64,000 bases of DNA from Candidatus Latescibacterota bacterium. GTDB taxonomy: Bacteria; Latescibacterota; UBA2968. Under the pieces are notes generated by a model. It was not told the DNA's origin and ran no database searches. It was given only the letters and a program-made list of their open reading frames with translations. The position numbers and the translations under genes were made by a program. Below, piece by piece: positions 1 to 9,722 of the stretch. Location: NCBI GenBank assembly GCA_965208125.1, contig OZ242320.1, positions 3,296,001 through 3,360,000 of the forward strand. The letters run 5' to 3'. The stretch's first letter is position 1; every line of letters starts with the position of its first letter.

Positions 1-1639
1 GACGACACTTGTATCTGTCGGAGGGGATAGGATGATTAGATTGTGGGAAGTTTCGACGCGAACAAGTACTGTAATCCTAAGGCATAAGGATACCGTCACT
101 TCTATTGCATTTTCACCTGATGGAACAACCCTCGCTTTGGCATCTTATGATGAGGTCAGACTATGGGACATTGTGACGAGGCAAAATGTTGTCACCCTCT
201 CAGAGCATATGGATGAAGTTACAGATGTTGCATTTTCGCCCGATGGGACAATACTCGCTTCGACGTCTTATGGTGAGGTCAAACTATGGGATATTGCGAC
301 ACAAAATACATCTATCCTTACGGAACATCTATCTGGGGTCCGTTCTGTGGTATTTTCACCCGATGGAACGACACTTGTCCTCTTGTCAAGGAATCGCCTG
401 GTTAGAATGTGGAATGTTGCAATGAGAATAAATCTCGTTGCACCTTTTGAACATATCCATGGTATCTCCTCTGTCGCGTTCTCGCCAAACGGGACAATAC
501 TTGCTACTGGGTCATGGCAGGAGGTCAAGCTGTGGGACATTGAGATAAAAGAAAATATCGGCACACTCAAAGGGCATACGGATTGGGTCAATTCTATGGC
601 ATTTTCGCCTGATGGGACAATACTCGCTTCTGGGTCGGGAAGAAACGTCATGCTGTGGAATGTTGCGACTGGAACCAATATCGCCACCTTCTCAGAACAT
701 ACGAGTAGGGTCACTGCTGTTGTATTTTCGCCCGATGGCACGGTGCTTGCCTCGGGGTCTCATGATAAAACGATCAGATTGTGGAATGTTGAAACAGAAA
801 AAAATATTGCGACCCTTCCATACGATGAAAGGGTCCGGTCTGTGTCATTTTCGCCCGATGGGACAATACTCGCTTCTGGGTCGGGAAGAAACGTCATGCT
901 GTGGGATGTTTTGACAAGAGAAAATATCGCTATCCTTGAGGGCCATACGAATAATATCGCTTCTGTATCATTTTCGCCCGATGGCACGGTGCTTGCCTCA
1001 GGGTCAGGGGATAGAACAGTCAAACTGTGGGATGTAGCAGCAGGACGATCTATAGCTACATTTGAGGGGCATAAGGATTGGGTCTGGTCTGTCGCATTCT
1101 TACCTTACGGCACTACGCTCGCTTCGGGATCAGATGATGGCACGGCTCTGCTGTGGGATATATCGGAGTACATCACACCTGTGGTCAACATTCCCGATGC
1201 TAACCTCAGAGCGGTGATCAGGGATGCGTTGGGCAAGTCGCGTTTTGCACCTATTACCACTACTGATATGGCGAGTTTGACTACTCTGAACGCGAGTAAT
1301 CGCAATATCCGCGATTTGACCGGGCTGGAGTTTGCAACCAATCTGACCGAGTTGAATCTTGTGGGTAATCGGCTGAGTTCGCTGTCCATCAACACGCATA
1401 TTCCAGTGCTTCAGAACAGAGGTGTTGGGGTCTTGTTTGACAAGACGCCAACACCCGATTTTGATGGTGACGGTACTGTTGGTTTTGCTGACTTTTTGCT
1501 TTTTGTCGCGCAGTTCGGGTTCGGTGAAGACGATGAGGGATACGACGTGTGGTTTGATCTGGATGGGGATGGCATGATTGGATTCGGAGATTTTCTGATT
1601 TTTGCCAATAACTTTGGCAAATCTGCATCATCCAATTGA
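1..1639 (+). CDS. WD40-repeat protein with mini-LRR and C-terminal EF-hand/dockerin-like domain (5'-truncated by window edge; array member 1)
   Basis: Frame is open from position 2 (TTLVSVGGDR precedes the annotated Met). Contains GH...SVAFSPDG..LASGS.D..LWD repeats, an IPDANLRAVIRDALG LRR cap and a PDFDGDG..F.DFLLF / DLDGDG.IGFGDFLIF tail. Confidence 0.9.
   Translation, partial: TTLVSVGGDRMIRLWEVSTRTSTVILRHKDTVTSIAFSPDGTTLALASYDEVRLWDIVTRQNVVTLSEHMDEVTDVAFSPDGTILASTSYGEVKLWDIATQNTSILTEHLSGVRSVVFSPDGTTLVLLSRNRLVRMWNVAMRINLVAPFEHIHGISSVAFSPNGTILATGSWQEVKLWDIEIKENIGTLKGHTDWVNSMAFSPDGTILASGSGRNVMLWNVATGTNIATFSEHTSRVTAVVFSPDGTVLASGSHDKTIRLWNVETEKNIATLPYDERVRSVSFSPDGTILASGSGRNVMLWDVLTRENIAILEGHTNNIASVSFSPDGTVLASGSGDRTVKLWDVAAGRSIATFEGHKDWVWSVAFLPYGTTLASGSDDGTALLWDISEYITPVVNIPDANLRAVIRDALGKSRFAPITTTDMASLTTLNASNRNIRDLTGLEFATNLTELNLVGNRLSSLSINTHIPVLQNRGVGVLFDKTPTPDFDGDGTVGFADFLLFVAQFGFGEDDEGYDVWFDLDGDGMIGFGDFLIFANNFGKSASSN
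1109..1639 (+). repeat. Conserved 3' block (about 530 bp), copy 1 of 4; other copies at about 4507-5037, 9146-9676 and 13785-14315
   Basis: Near-identical DNA encoding the last blade, LRR and EF-hand tail in all four array genes. Confidence 0.9.
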
Positions 1640-1666
1640 CGGTATAAAAAAAATCAGGAGAATCTC

Positions 1667-2620
1667 ATGTATATACACACGAAGTATGGCTCGCGCAGAA
1701 CAAAATATCATTCAAGCAAATTAGGCATTAGTCCACCTCAGCACAATGTCATTAAAACCATTGCCATCTTTGTCACAGCAACCCTTCTACTCAACGCGAT
1801 AGCTCCCACATTTGCGTATGCAACTACGCAGAGTCAAGACGTGGAACAGGCCACACAGAAACCCCAGGAAAAGACAGTTACAGTCCTGTCTCGCGGAGAG
1901 ATTGATTCTTCAAAGATCACAATGGGATGGCATGCCCACATCGTCTATATATCCAAAGAGGAAGCTACAAGAACCGCAACCGGACAGATTATGGAAAAAG
2001 GCACAGATTATATCTTGATTAGAGTTGAGGATGAGGCATTGAAATCTTGGAAAACAATAGCATACCGTGACATGGATACCCTCATTATCGCTCAACACAC
2101 ACGAGATATTGAAGCATGGAGAAATGCAAGACAGACTCAACAACACCCAGGACAAGCCATACATCCACTCCTTAAAGGAGATTCCAAAGTACGTGTTTAT
2201 GCGCCTGTAATTCGGAAAGGAAGGATGGTCGGCAAGCTAATTAAAATGACGCAAGACACACTCGTTGTCCGTGGAGAACTTACATTTTATGGACGTAGAT
2301 TTTATCAGGTGCCCCTTTCTTCAATCTCCAATCTTGAAGTCAGCATTGGACAGCATAGAAATACATTCAAAGGCCTGGGCATTGGACTGGGTATCAGCGG
2401 ACTTTTAATAGCCGTCGCTGGAATGTCCGGCGGTGGCGATTTAGGTATGGGTCTGTTGGTGTCATTGCATGCCGCAATACCTATTACTATCGTTGCAACT
2501 ACAATTGGCCTACTAATGAAATCCGACAAATGGGTCGCGGTGCCGCTGCAACGTCTCAACTTGAGCCTTACACCCACATCTACAAAAGGGCTTCGCGCCG
2601 TGCTGACGTTTAATTTTTAA
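1667..2620 (+). CDS. Hypothetical secreted/membrane protein with signal peptide, Gly-rich hydrophobic hairpin and C-terminal beta-strand ending in Phe
   Basis: AGGAG RBS upstream. Signal-like IAIFVTATLLLNAIAPTFAYA; hydrophobic GLGIGLGISGLLIAVAG...IVATTIGLLM; ends LRAVLTFNF. Confidence 0.8.
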   Translation: MYIHTKYGSRRTKYHSSKLGISPPQHNVIKTIAIFVTATLLLNAIAPTFAYATTQSQDVEQATQKPQEKTVTVLSRGEIDSSKITMGWHAHIVYISKEEATRTATGQIMEKGTDYILIRVEDEALKSWKTIAYRDMDTLIIAQHTRDIEAWRNARQTQQHPGQAIHPLLKGDSKVRVYAPVIRKGRMVGKLIKMTQDTLVVRGELTFYGRRFYQVPLSSISNLEVSIGQHRNTFKGLGIGLGISGLLIAVAGMSGGGDLGMGLLVSLHAAIPITIVATTIGLLMKSDKWVAVPLQRLNLSLTPTSTKGLRAVLTFNF

Positions 2621-2655
2621 CGTCAGCAATCCGTGTCCGCAGAAGGGATAAATCC

Positions 2656-5037
2656 ATGCACTCAGAGCGCAACGTGAATCACGCGCAGCACAACGTCATT
2701 AAAGCCATCGCTATCCTGGTCACTACAGCCCTCTTGCTCAATGCGATGGCTCCCACACTTGACCTGAGCGCGCGCGATAGTTTATATGCTGCGCCAAAAC
2801 AAACGTTTAATTTAAACGCAGGCGAACCCCGTACGGTGCGGATGATCTACTTCTTGCCGAATGACCGTCCCTTTCGCCAGGAAGTGGTGGATTCGATGAA
2901 GGTGACCATTCGCCAGATTCAGACCTTCTTTGCAGAGCAGATGCAGGCGCACGGGTATGGCCGCAAGACCTTTCGCTTTGAGACCGATGCTCAGGGCGAA
3001 CCTATGGTTCATCGCGTGGAGGGTCAACATCCTACTGACCACTATCTTGGCGGTAGTGGTGAGGTTGATGAAATTGAACAGAAGTTTGATCTTTCGGCGA
3101 ACAATGTTTACTTCATCGTTCTGGACAATGGTACGGATGAAATTAAGCTGGGGATAAAAGGTTTAGGCATAGGGGGAAGAAATAGTGGCATTGCGAAGAT
3201 TCCCGGCGAATTTCACTGGAAAACGGCCGCACATGAACTTGGACATGGCTTTGGGTTGGGACACAATTTTAACGATGATGCGTACATCATGTCGTTTGGC
3301 TATACAGGCCAAGATCGGTTATCTCCCTGCTATGCCAAATTTTTGGCTGTGCATCCCTACTTCAATTCCGATGTTCCAGATGAAAATACATCGCCGCTGA
3401 CAATTCAACTTACTTCTCGGCGTGCATATCCAAAAGACTCAAAGAGCATCTCTATCCAACTCAAAGTCAGCGATTCAGATGGGCTTCATCAGGTACTTTT
3501 GTTCACTGGTGGTGTTTTCAATTTAAAGGCATGTCATGGATTGAATGGCGAACAAGATGCTGTTGTTGAATTTGATTATGACGGCCGTATTCCATCTAAT
3601 GATGAAACGAGTCTTTCCAATCCTCTTGTGCATCAAATTTATGTCAAGGCGGTTGATACTGGCGGGAACGTTGCCAGCCTGTCTTTTAACTTGTGGGAAG
3701 TTTCGCCACAACATATCGCTACTATTGAGGGACATACGGATCAGATCCGTTCTGTGGCATTTTCCCCTGATGGTACTCTACTCGCTTCAGGGTCTTGGGA
3801 TGGCAAGATCAAGTTGTGGGATGTTGCGACGCAAGCAAATACCGCTACCCTTGAAGGGCATACAAGTTGGGTCAATTCTGTGGCATTTTCACCCGATGGA
3901 ACGACTCTTGCCTCTGGGTCATGGGATACCACGGTCAGACTATGGGATGTTGCGACAGAAAAGAATATCACCACCCTTGAAGGACATACGAAGTGGGTCA
4001 ATTCTGTGGTGTTTTCGCTTGATGGTACTCTACTCGCTTCGGGGGCAGGGAATACGATTAAACTATGGGATGTTGCGACGTGGACAAATACCGTTACCCT
4101 TGTTCATACAGATTTTGTTTACTCTGTGATGTTTTCTCCCGATGGAAAGACACTCGCCTCTGGGTCATGGGATGGCACGGTTAGGCTATGGGATGTTGGT
4201 AAAAAAGAAAATAGTATCACTCTTGAGGGACATACATCTGCTGTCTTTGATGTAGCGTTTTCTCCCGATGGCACAATACTCGCTTCAGGTTGGGGCGAGA
4301 TTAAACTGTGGGATGTTATGACGCGAGCAAATATCTTCACTATTAAAAACTATGGATCTGTGAGTTCTATGGTATTTTCACCTGATGGGATGATACTCGC
4401 TACGGGGTTAGAGGGTGGCGAGATTAAACTGTTGGACGTTGCGACTGGTGAAAATATTGAGGCATTAAGAGGTCCAAGGGTTCAGTCTGTGGCGTTTTCG
4501 CCTTACAGTACAACACTTGCTTCCGGTTCAGAGGATGGTGCAGTTCTGCTATGGGATGTGTCGGAGTACATCACGCCTGTAGTCCGTATTCCTGATGCTA
4601 ACCTCAGAGCAGTTATTCGAGATGCGCTGGGCAAATCGCGTTTTGCGCCTATTACTACCACTGATATGGCGAATTTGACTACTCTCGACGCGAGCAACCG
4701 CAATATCCGCGATCTGACCGGGCTTGAGTTTGCAACCAATCTGACAGAGTTGAATCTTGTGGATAATCGGCTGAGTTCGTTGTCTATCAACACGCATATT
4801 CCAGCACTTCAGGACAGAGGTGTTGAGGTCTTGTTTGACAAGACGCCAACACCCGATTTTGATGGCGATGGTGTTGTTGACTTTTCTGATTTTTTGCTTT
4901 TTGTAGCACAGTTTGGGTTTAGTGAAGACGATGAGGGTTATGACGTGTGGTTTGATCTGGATGGCGATGGTGTGATCGGATTCGGAGATTTTCTGATTTT
5001 TGCCAATGCCTTTGGCAAAGTCATATCGTCAAATTGA
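2656..5037 (+). CDS. Metzincin-like Zn protease - 7x WD40 - mini-LRR - EF-hand/dockerin-like protein (short chimeric array member 2)
   Basis: HELGHGFGLGH at about 3232 plus Met-turn-like YIMS; 7 WD40 blades; same LRR and EF-hand tail as neighbours. Confidence 0.9.
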   Translation: MHSERNVNHAQHNVIKAIAILVTTALLLNAMAPTLDLSARDSLYAAPKQTFNLNAGEPRTVRMIYFLPNDRPFRQEVVDSMKVTIRQIQTFFAEQMQAHGYGRKTFRFETDAQGEPMVHRVEGQHPTDHYLGGSGEVDEIEQKFDLSANNVYFIVLDNGTDEIKLGIKGLGIGGRNSGIAKIPGEFHWKTAAHELGHGFGLGHNFNDDAYIMSFGYTGQDRLSPCYAKFLAVHPYFNSDVPDENTSPLTIQLTSRRAYPKDSKSISIQLKVSDSDGLHQVLLFTGGVFNLKACHGLNGEQDAVVEFDYDGRIPSNDETSLSNPLVHQIYVKAVDTGGNVASLSFNLWEVSPQHIATIEGHTDQIRSVAFSPDGTLLASGSWDGKIKLWDVATQANTATLEGHTSWVNSVAFSPDGTTLASGSWDTTVRLWDVATEKNITTLEGHTKWVNSVVFSLDGTLLASGAGNTIKLWDVATWTNTVTLVHTDFVYSVMFSPDGKTLASGSWDGTVRLWDVGKKENSITLEGHTSAVFDVAFSPDGTILASGWGEIKLWDVMTRANIFTIKNYGSVSSMVFSPDGMILATGLEGGEIKLLDVATGENIEALRGPRVQSVAFSPYSTTLASGSEDGAVLLWDVSEYITPVVRIPDANLRAVIRDALGKSRFAPITTTDMANLTTLDASNRNIRDLTGLEFATNLTELNLVDNRLSSLSINTHIPALQDRGVEVLFDKTPTPDFDGDGVVDFSDFLLFVAQFGFSEDDEGYDVWFDLDGDGVIGFGDFLIFANAFGKVISSN

Positions 5038-5510
5038 TGGTTTGTCTGTTTTGGAACGACACTTCAAGTAAGGTGCATATCCAATGAAAAATTGGGTTCT
5101 TCATTTTACCTCTTTGATCAAGCTGGCAACATGCTTTTTGGTATTGCTCTGTCTATCGTCTGCTGGATATGCTTCTCAGCCATCGGATGATGTGCATTTT
5201 TGCTTGCCACTTGATTTCGAAGACATGCAGGCGCGCGATAGTTTGTATGCTGCCACGAAGCACGCGCTTAATCTGAACGTGGGCGACCCCCGCACGGTGC
5301 GGATGATCTACTTCTTGCCGAATGACCGTCCATTTCGCCAAGAAGTGGTTGATTCGATGAAAGTGACCATTCGCCAGATTCAGACCTTTTATGCCGAGCA
5401 GATGCAGGCGCATGGACACGGAAACAAAACCTTCCGCTTTGAGATCGATGCCCAGGGCGAGCCGATGGTTCATCGCATGGATGGTCAACACCCCGATAGT
5501 CACTATCTCA
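5038..5510 (+). repeat. Conserved intergenic plus 5' block; near-identical copy at about 9677-10150, partial copy at about 2769-3040
   Basis: ggtttgtctgttttggaac.acacttcaagtaaggtgcatatccaatgaaaaattgggttcttcattttac recurs with a 4639 bp period. Confidence 0.9.
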
Positions 5511-8500
5511 ACAATACGACAAATACTGTGTTTGGCGAGATTGAACAGGCGTTTGATGTGATGGAGAATATTTACTTCATCGTGGTTGACAATAGTATAA
5601 GTGGAATTGTTCAGGATGGTCAGCATGTGTCAGGTGTAGGAGCCCGACGAGGTAAAAATGGTGGTGATACATTATTTCCCAGTGAATTTAGTTTTAAAAC
5701 AGCGGCACATGAACTCGGACATGCTTTCGGATTGCAGCACGATTTCAACGATGATGCGTATATGATGTCCTATGGAACAAGTAGCGATCAATTATCAGTA
5801 TGTAATGCTGAATATTTGGCTGTTCATCCCTACTTCAATCTCGATACCCCGGTTGAAGCGACGCAGTTGCCAACTATCGAACTTCTTTCGTCACGGGATT
5901 ATCCGGCTGGGGCAAAGAGTATCTCTATTCAACTCAAAGTCAGCGATTCAGGAGGGCTTCATCAAGTAATCTTATTCGTTAGAACAAGAGCACCACACAT
6001 CGCCGCTGGATTTCTTGAAGCGAAGACCTGTCGTGGATTGACGGGGCAACAAGACGCTGTTATTGAATTTGATTATAATGGTGTTATTCCATCTCTTGGC
6101 TATACGAGTCTTTCCGATCCTGTGGCTCATCCAATTTATATCGAGGTAGTTGATACCGATGGGAATGTGAGCGGATTACCTTTTGACCTTTTGGAAATTT
6201 CGCCAAACCATATCGCTTCCTTTGAAGGACATACGGATAGGGTCTATTCTGTGGCGTTTTCACCCGATGGTACAATGCTCGCTTCGGGGTCAAGGGATAA
6301 CACTATCAGATTATGGGATGTTGCGACTAAGGCGGATAGCGCTACCCTTGAAGGGCACACGAACTATGTTTATTCAGTGGCATTTTCACCCGATGGGAAA
6401 ATACTCGCTTCCGGGTCAAGATCAAGGAATAATTCGATCAAACTGTGGGATGTTGAAACCAGGCAACATATCGCTGACCTTGATGGACATGATTGGGGAG
6501 TCCGTTCTGTGATGTTTTCACCCGATGGTACGATACTTGCTTCTGGGGCAGGGGATAACACGGCTAAGCTGTGGGATGTTGTCACAAGAGAAAATATCGC
6601 TACCTTTGAGGGGCATACGCATCGTGTAAATTCTGTGGCGTTTTCACCTGACGGCACAACGCTCGCTTCGGGGTCTTATGATAATACGGTCAAGCTATGG
6701 GATGTTGCGAAGAAGACAAATATTACCACTCTTGAAGGGCATACATATACTGTAAATTCTGTATCGTTTTCGCCTGATGGTACGATGCTGGCTTCCGGGT
6801 CAGGAGATGACACAGTCAAGCTGTGGGATGTTGCTACCGGACGACATATCGCCACCCTTGAAGGACATATCAGTGATGTTGCTTCTGTGTCATTTTCGCC
6901 CGATGGAAAGATTCTCGCCTCGGGAGCAGCGAATGGCACAATCAAGCTGTGGGATGTTGTTACCGGACGACATATTGCTGACTTTCCGCGCGATGGTTGG
7001 ATTGATTCTATATCCTTTTCACACAACGGTACCATGCTCGCTTTTAGTTCAGAGGATAGCAGGGTCGAACTGTGGGATACATCTGAATGGACGCAATCTC
7101 GTCCTCAAACACTTATGAAGATCTCGGGGGATAACCAGCAAAGTACAACAGGTACAGAGTTGGCGAACCCGTTTATCGTTGAGGTACGGGATCAGTATGG
7201 TAATCCTTTACAAGGTGCTCTGGTCACCTTTGCTGTCACCGCTGGTGATGGGAAACTCAGTGGGAGATTTACTGTAGAGAATGCTATAACTGATGACAAC
7301 GGCAGAGTAGAAAGGACGCTTACTCTTGGTCAGGGAACAAATACTGTCGAGGTATCTATCGCTGGGATTGAAGTGATTTTTAACGCTGAGAGCGTTGGAA
7401 TACCTGCCACACCGATCATAGGTGGTGACTATCCGACATGGCATTTACCCGATGGCGCAATGATACGCTTGGGAAAAGGACACATGGGAAAAGGCGATAG
7501 GGCGGTGGCATTTGCGCCGGATGGCCGAAGCCTTGCTGTGGCAAGTGGCATCGGTGTGTGGCTTTACGATGTGGGGATTGCCCGTGAACGTGCACTACTC
7601 GTCGGGTATAAGGATGAAGTTACTTCTGTTGCATTTTCTTCGAATGGAATGACACTCGCTTCGGGATCAAGGGATGGGGAGGTCAAGCTATGGGATGCAG
7701 CTATAGGAGAAAATATCGCCATCCTTGAAGGGCATGGAAGTGGGGTCACTTCTGTTGCATTTTCATCTGATGGTACAACGCTCGCCTCGGGATCTTATGA
7801 TCGAACGATCAAACTGTGGAATGTCGCGGACAAAGAAAATATTGCGACCCTTGAGGGGCATACAAATTTTGTCACTTCTGTTGCATTTTCCCCCGATGGA
7901 AAAATCCTCGCTTCGGGTTCATGGGACGAAACAGTTAGGCTATGGGACATTGCTATAAAAGAAAATATCGCGATCCTTGGGGGATATAACTACACTATCT
8001 ATTCTGTTGCGTTTTCACCCGATGGCACGATGCTCGCGTCAGGCTCACGGGATGGCACAGTCAAGCTGTGGGACATTGCGACAAAACAAAATATCGCGAC
8101 CTATAGGCATGGCCTGAATCAATGGATCTCTTCTATAGTGTTCTCTCCCGATGGAGCTACCTTTGCCGTGGGATTGAATAATAATACGATTAAGCTATGG
8201 GAAGTGACAACAGGGACAAATATCGCCACTCTTGAGGGTCATACGGGTTGGGTCTATTCCGTTGCATTTTCACCCTTTGGGACAACCCTTGCTTCTGGAT
8301 CAGATGATGGTACAATCAGGCTGTGGGACATGGCGACACAAAATGTTTCTACTCTTACGGGGCATCTATCCGTGGCCCGTTCTATAGCATTGTCACCAAA
8401 TGGCGCGATTCTCGCTTCAGGATCAGATGGCAAGGTCGCGTTGTGGGATGTGGCGACAGGACGCCTTGTTGCCACACTTGAGACGCGTGCGGGCTCAGCC

Positions 8501-9676
8501 CAGACAGTGGCGTTTTCACCCAATGGAAAAATGCTGGCTATGAATTCATGGGATGGTATCAAGCTGTGGGACATGGAGACGCGCCAAACAATTGTTACTC
8601 TTAAGCATCGAAGTTCAGGCCAGACAGTGATGTTTTCACCCAATGGAAAAATGCTTGCTTCCGGTACATATGGATATGGTAATATCAGATTATGGAACAC
8701 TGTGACAGGAGAGAATATCGCCGATCTTGAGGGTCATACCTCCGAGGTTCGTTCTGTGGCATTTTCGCCCGATGGGAAAATGCTCGCTTCCGGATCATTT
8801 GATAACACGATTAGGCTGTGGGATTTGGAGGCAGAACAAACTATTGCTATCCTTCCGCACAATATTTGGGTCAATTCTATATCGTTTTCGCCGGATGGTA
8901 CAACGCTTGCCGGATCAGATGATAAAACGATCAAACTGTGGGACGTTGCGACGAGGAAAACTATCGCTACATTCGGGGGATATACGAGTCCGGTTATTTC
9001 TGTATCGTTTTCGCCGGATGGCACAATACTTGCCGGATCAGATGATGATAAAACGATCAAACTGTGGGATGTTGCGACAGAACGATCTATCGCTACATTT
9101 GATGGGCATACAAGTACCGTCACTTCTATGGTATTTTCATCTTACGGCACAACCCTTGCTTCGGGGTCAGATGATGGCACGATTCTGCTGTGGGATATGT
9201 CGCAGTATATCACGCCTGTGGTCTATATTCCCGATGCCAACCTTCACGCAGTGATTCGAGATGCGCTGAGCAAGTCGCGTTTTGCGCCCATTACAGTGAC
9301 GGACATGGCGAGTTTGACTACTCTGGATGCGAGCAATCGCAATATCCGCGAGTTGGATGGGCTTGAGTTTGCAACCAATCTGACCGAGTTGAATCTTGTG
9401 GATAATCGGTTGAGTTCGCTGTCTATCAACACGCATATTCCAGCACTTCAGGACAGAGGCGTTGAGGTTCTGTTTGACAAGACGCCAACGCCCGATTTTG
9501 ATGGCGATGGTGTTGTTGGCTTTGCTGACTTTTTGCTTTTTGTAGCACAGTTTGGGTTTAGTGAAGACGATGAGGGTTATGACGTGTGGTTTGATCTGGA
9601 TGGGGATGGCACAATTGGATTCGGAGATTTTCTGATTTTTGCCAATGCCTTTGGCAAAGCCGTATCGTCAAATTGA
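5084..9676 (+). CDS. Secreted metzincin-like protease - WD40x7 - Big_1 Ig-like - WD40x14 - mini-LRR - EF-hand/dockerin-like protein (array member 3, 1530 aa)
   Basis: Signal peptide ...CFLVLLCLSSAGYA; HELGHAFGLQH at about 5708; ISGDNQ...VEVRDQYGNPLQGALVTF Big_1-like signature; 21 WD40 blades counted. Confidence 0.92.
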   Translation: MKNWVLHFTSLIKLATCFLVLLCLSSAGYASQPSDDVHFCLPLDFEDMQARDSLYAATKHALNLNVGDPRTVRMIYFLPNDRPFRQEVVDSMKVTIRQIQTFYAEQMQAHGHGNKTFRFEIDAQGEPMVHRMDGQHPDSHYLNNTTNTVFGEIEQAFDVMENIYFIVVDNSISGIVQDGQHVSGVGARRGKNGGDTLFPSEFSFKTAAHELGHAFGLQHDFNDDAYMMSYGTSSDQLSVCNAEYLAVHPYFNLDTPVEATQLPTIELLSSRDYPAGAKSISIQLKVSDSGGLHQVILFVRTRAPHIAAGFLEAKTCRGLTGQQDAVIEFDYNGVIPSLGYTSLSDPVAHPIYIEVVDTDGNVSGLPFDLLEISPNHIASFEGHTDRVYSVAFSPDGTMLASGSRDNTIRLWDVATKADSATLEGHTNYVYSVAFSPDGKILASGSRSRNNSIKLWDVETRQHIADLDGHDWGVRSVMFSPDGTILASGAGDNTAKLWDVVTRENIATFEGHTHRVNSVAFSPDGTTLASGSYDNTVKLWDVAKKTNITTLEGHTYTVNSVSFSPDGTMLASGSGDDTVKLWDVATGRHIATLEGHISDVASVSFSPDGKILASGAANGTIKLWDVVTGRHIADFPRDGWIDSISFSHNGTMLAFSSEDSRVELWDTSEWTQSRPQTLMKISGDNQQSTTGTELANPFIVEVRDQYGNPLQGALVTFAVTAGDGKLSGRFTVENAITDDNGRVERTLTLGQGTNTVEVSIAGIEVIFNAESVGIPATPIIGGDYPTWHLPDGAMIRLGKGHMGKGDRAVAFAPDGRSLAVASGIGVWLYDVGIARERALLVGYKDEVTSVAFSSNGMTLASGSRDGEVKLWDAAIGENIAILEGHGSGVTSVAFSSDGTTLASGSYDRTIKLWNVADKENIATLEGHTNFVTSVAFSPDGKILASGSWDETVRLWDIAIKENIAILGGYNYTIYSVAFSPDGTMLASGSRDGTVKLWDIATKQNIATYRHGLNQWISSIVFSPDGATFAVGLNNNTIKLWEVTTGTNIATLEGHTGWVYSVAFSPFGTTLASGSDDGTIRLWDMATQNVSTLTGHLSVARSIALSPNGAILASGSDGKVALWDVATGRLVATLETRAGSAQTVAFSPNGKMLAMNSWDGIKLWDMETRQTIVTLKHRSSGQTVMFSPNGKMLASGTYGYGNIRLWNTVTGENIADLEGHTSEVRSVAFSPDGKMLASGSFDNTIRLWDLEAEQTIAILPHNIWVNSISFSPDGTTLAGSDDKTIKLWDVATRKTIATFGGYTSPVISVSFSPDGTILAGSDDDKTIKLWDVATERSIATFDGHTSTVTSMVFSSYGTTLASGSDDGTILLWDMSQYITPVVYIPDANLHAVIRDALSKSRFAPITVTDMASLTTLDASNRNIRELDGLEFATNLTELNLVDNRLSSLSINTHIPALQDRGVEVLFDKTPTPDFDGDGVVGFADFLLFVAQFGFSEDDEGYDVWFDLDGDGTIGFGDFLIFANAFGKAVSSN

Positions 9677-9722
9677 CGGTTTGTCTGTTTTGGAACCACA
9701 CTTCAAGTAAGGTGCATATCCA

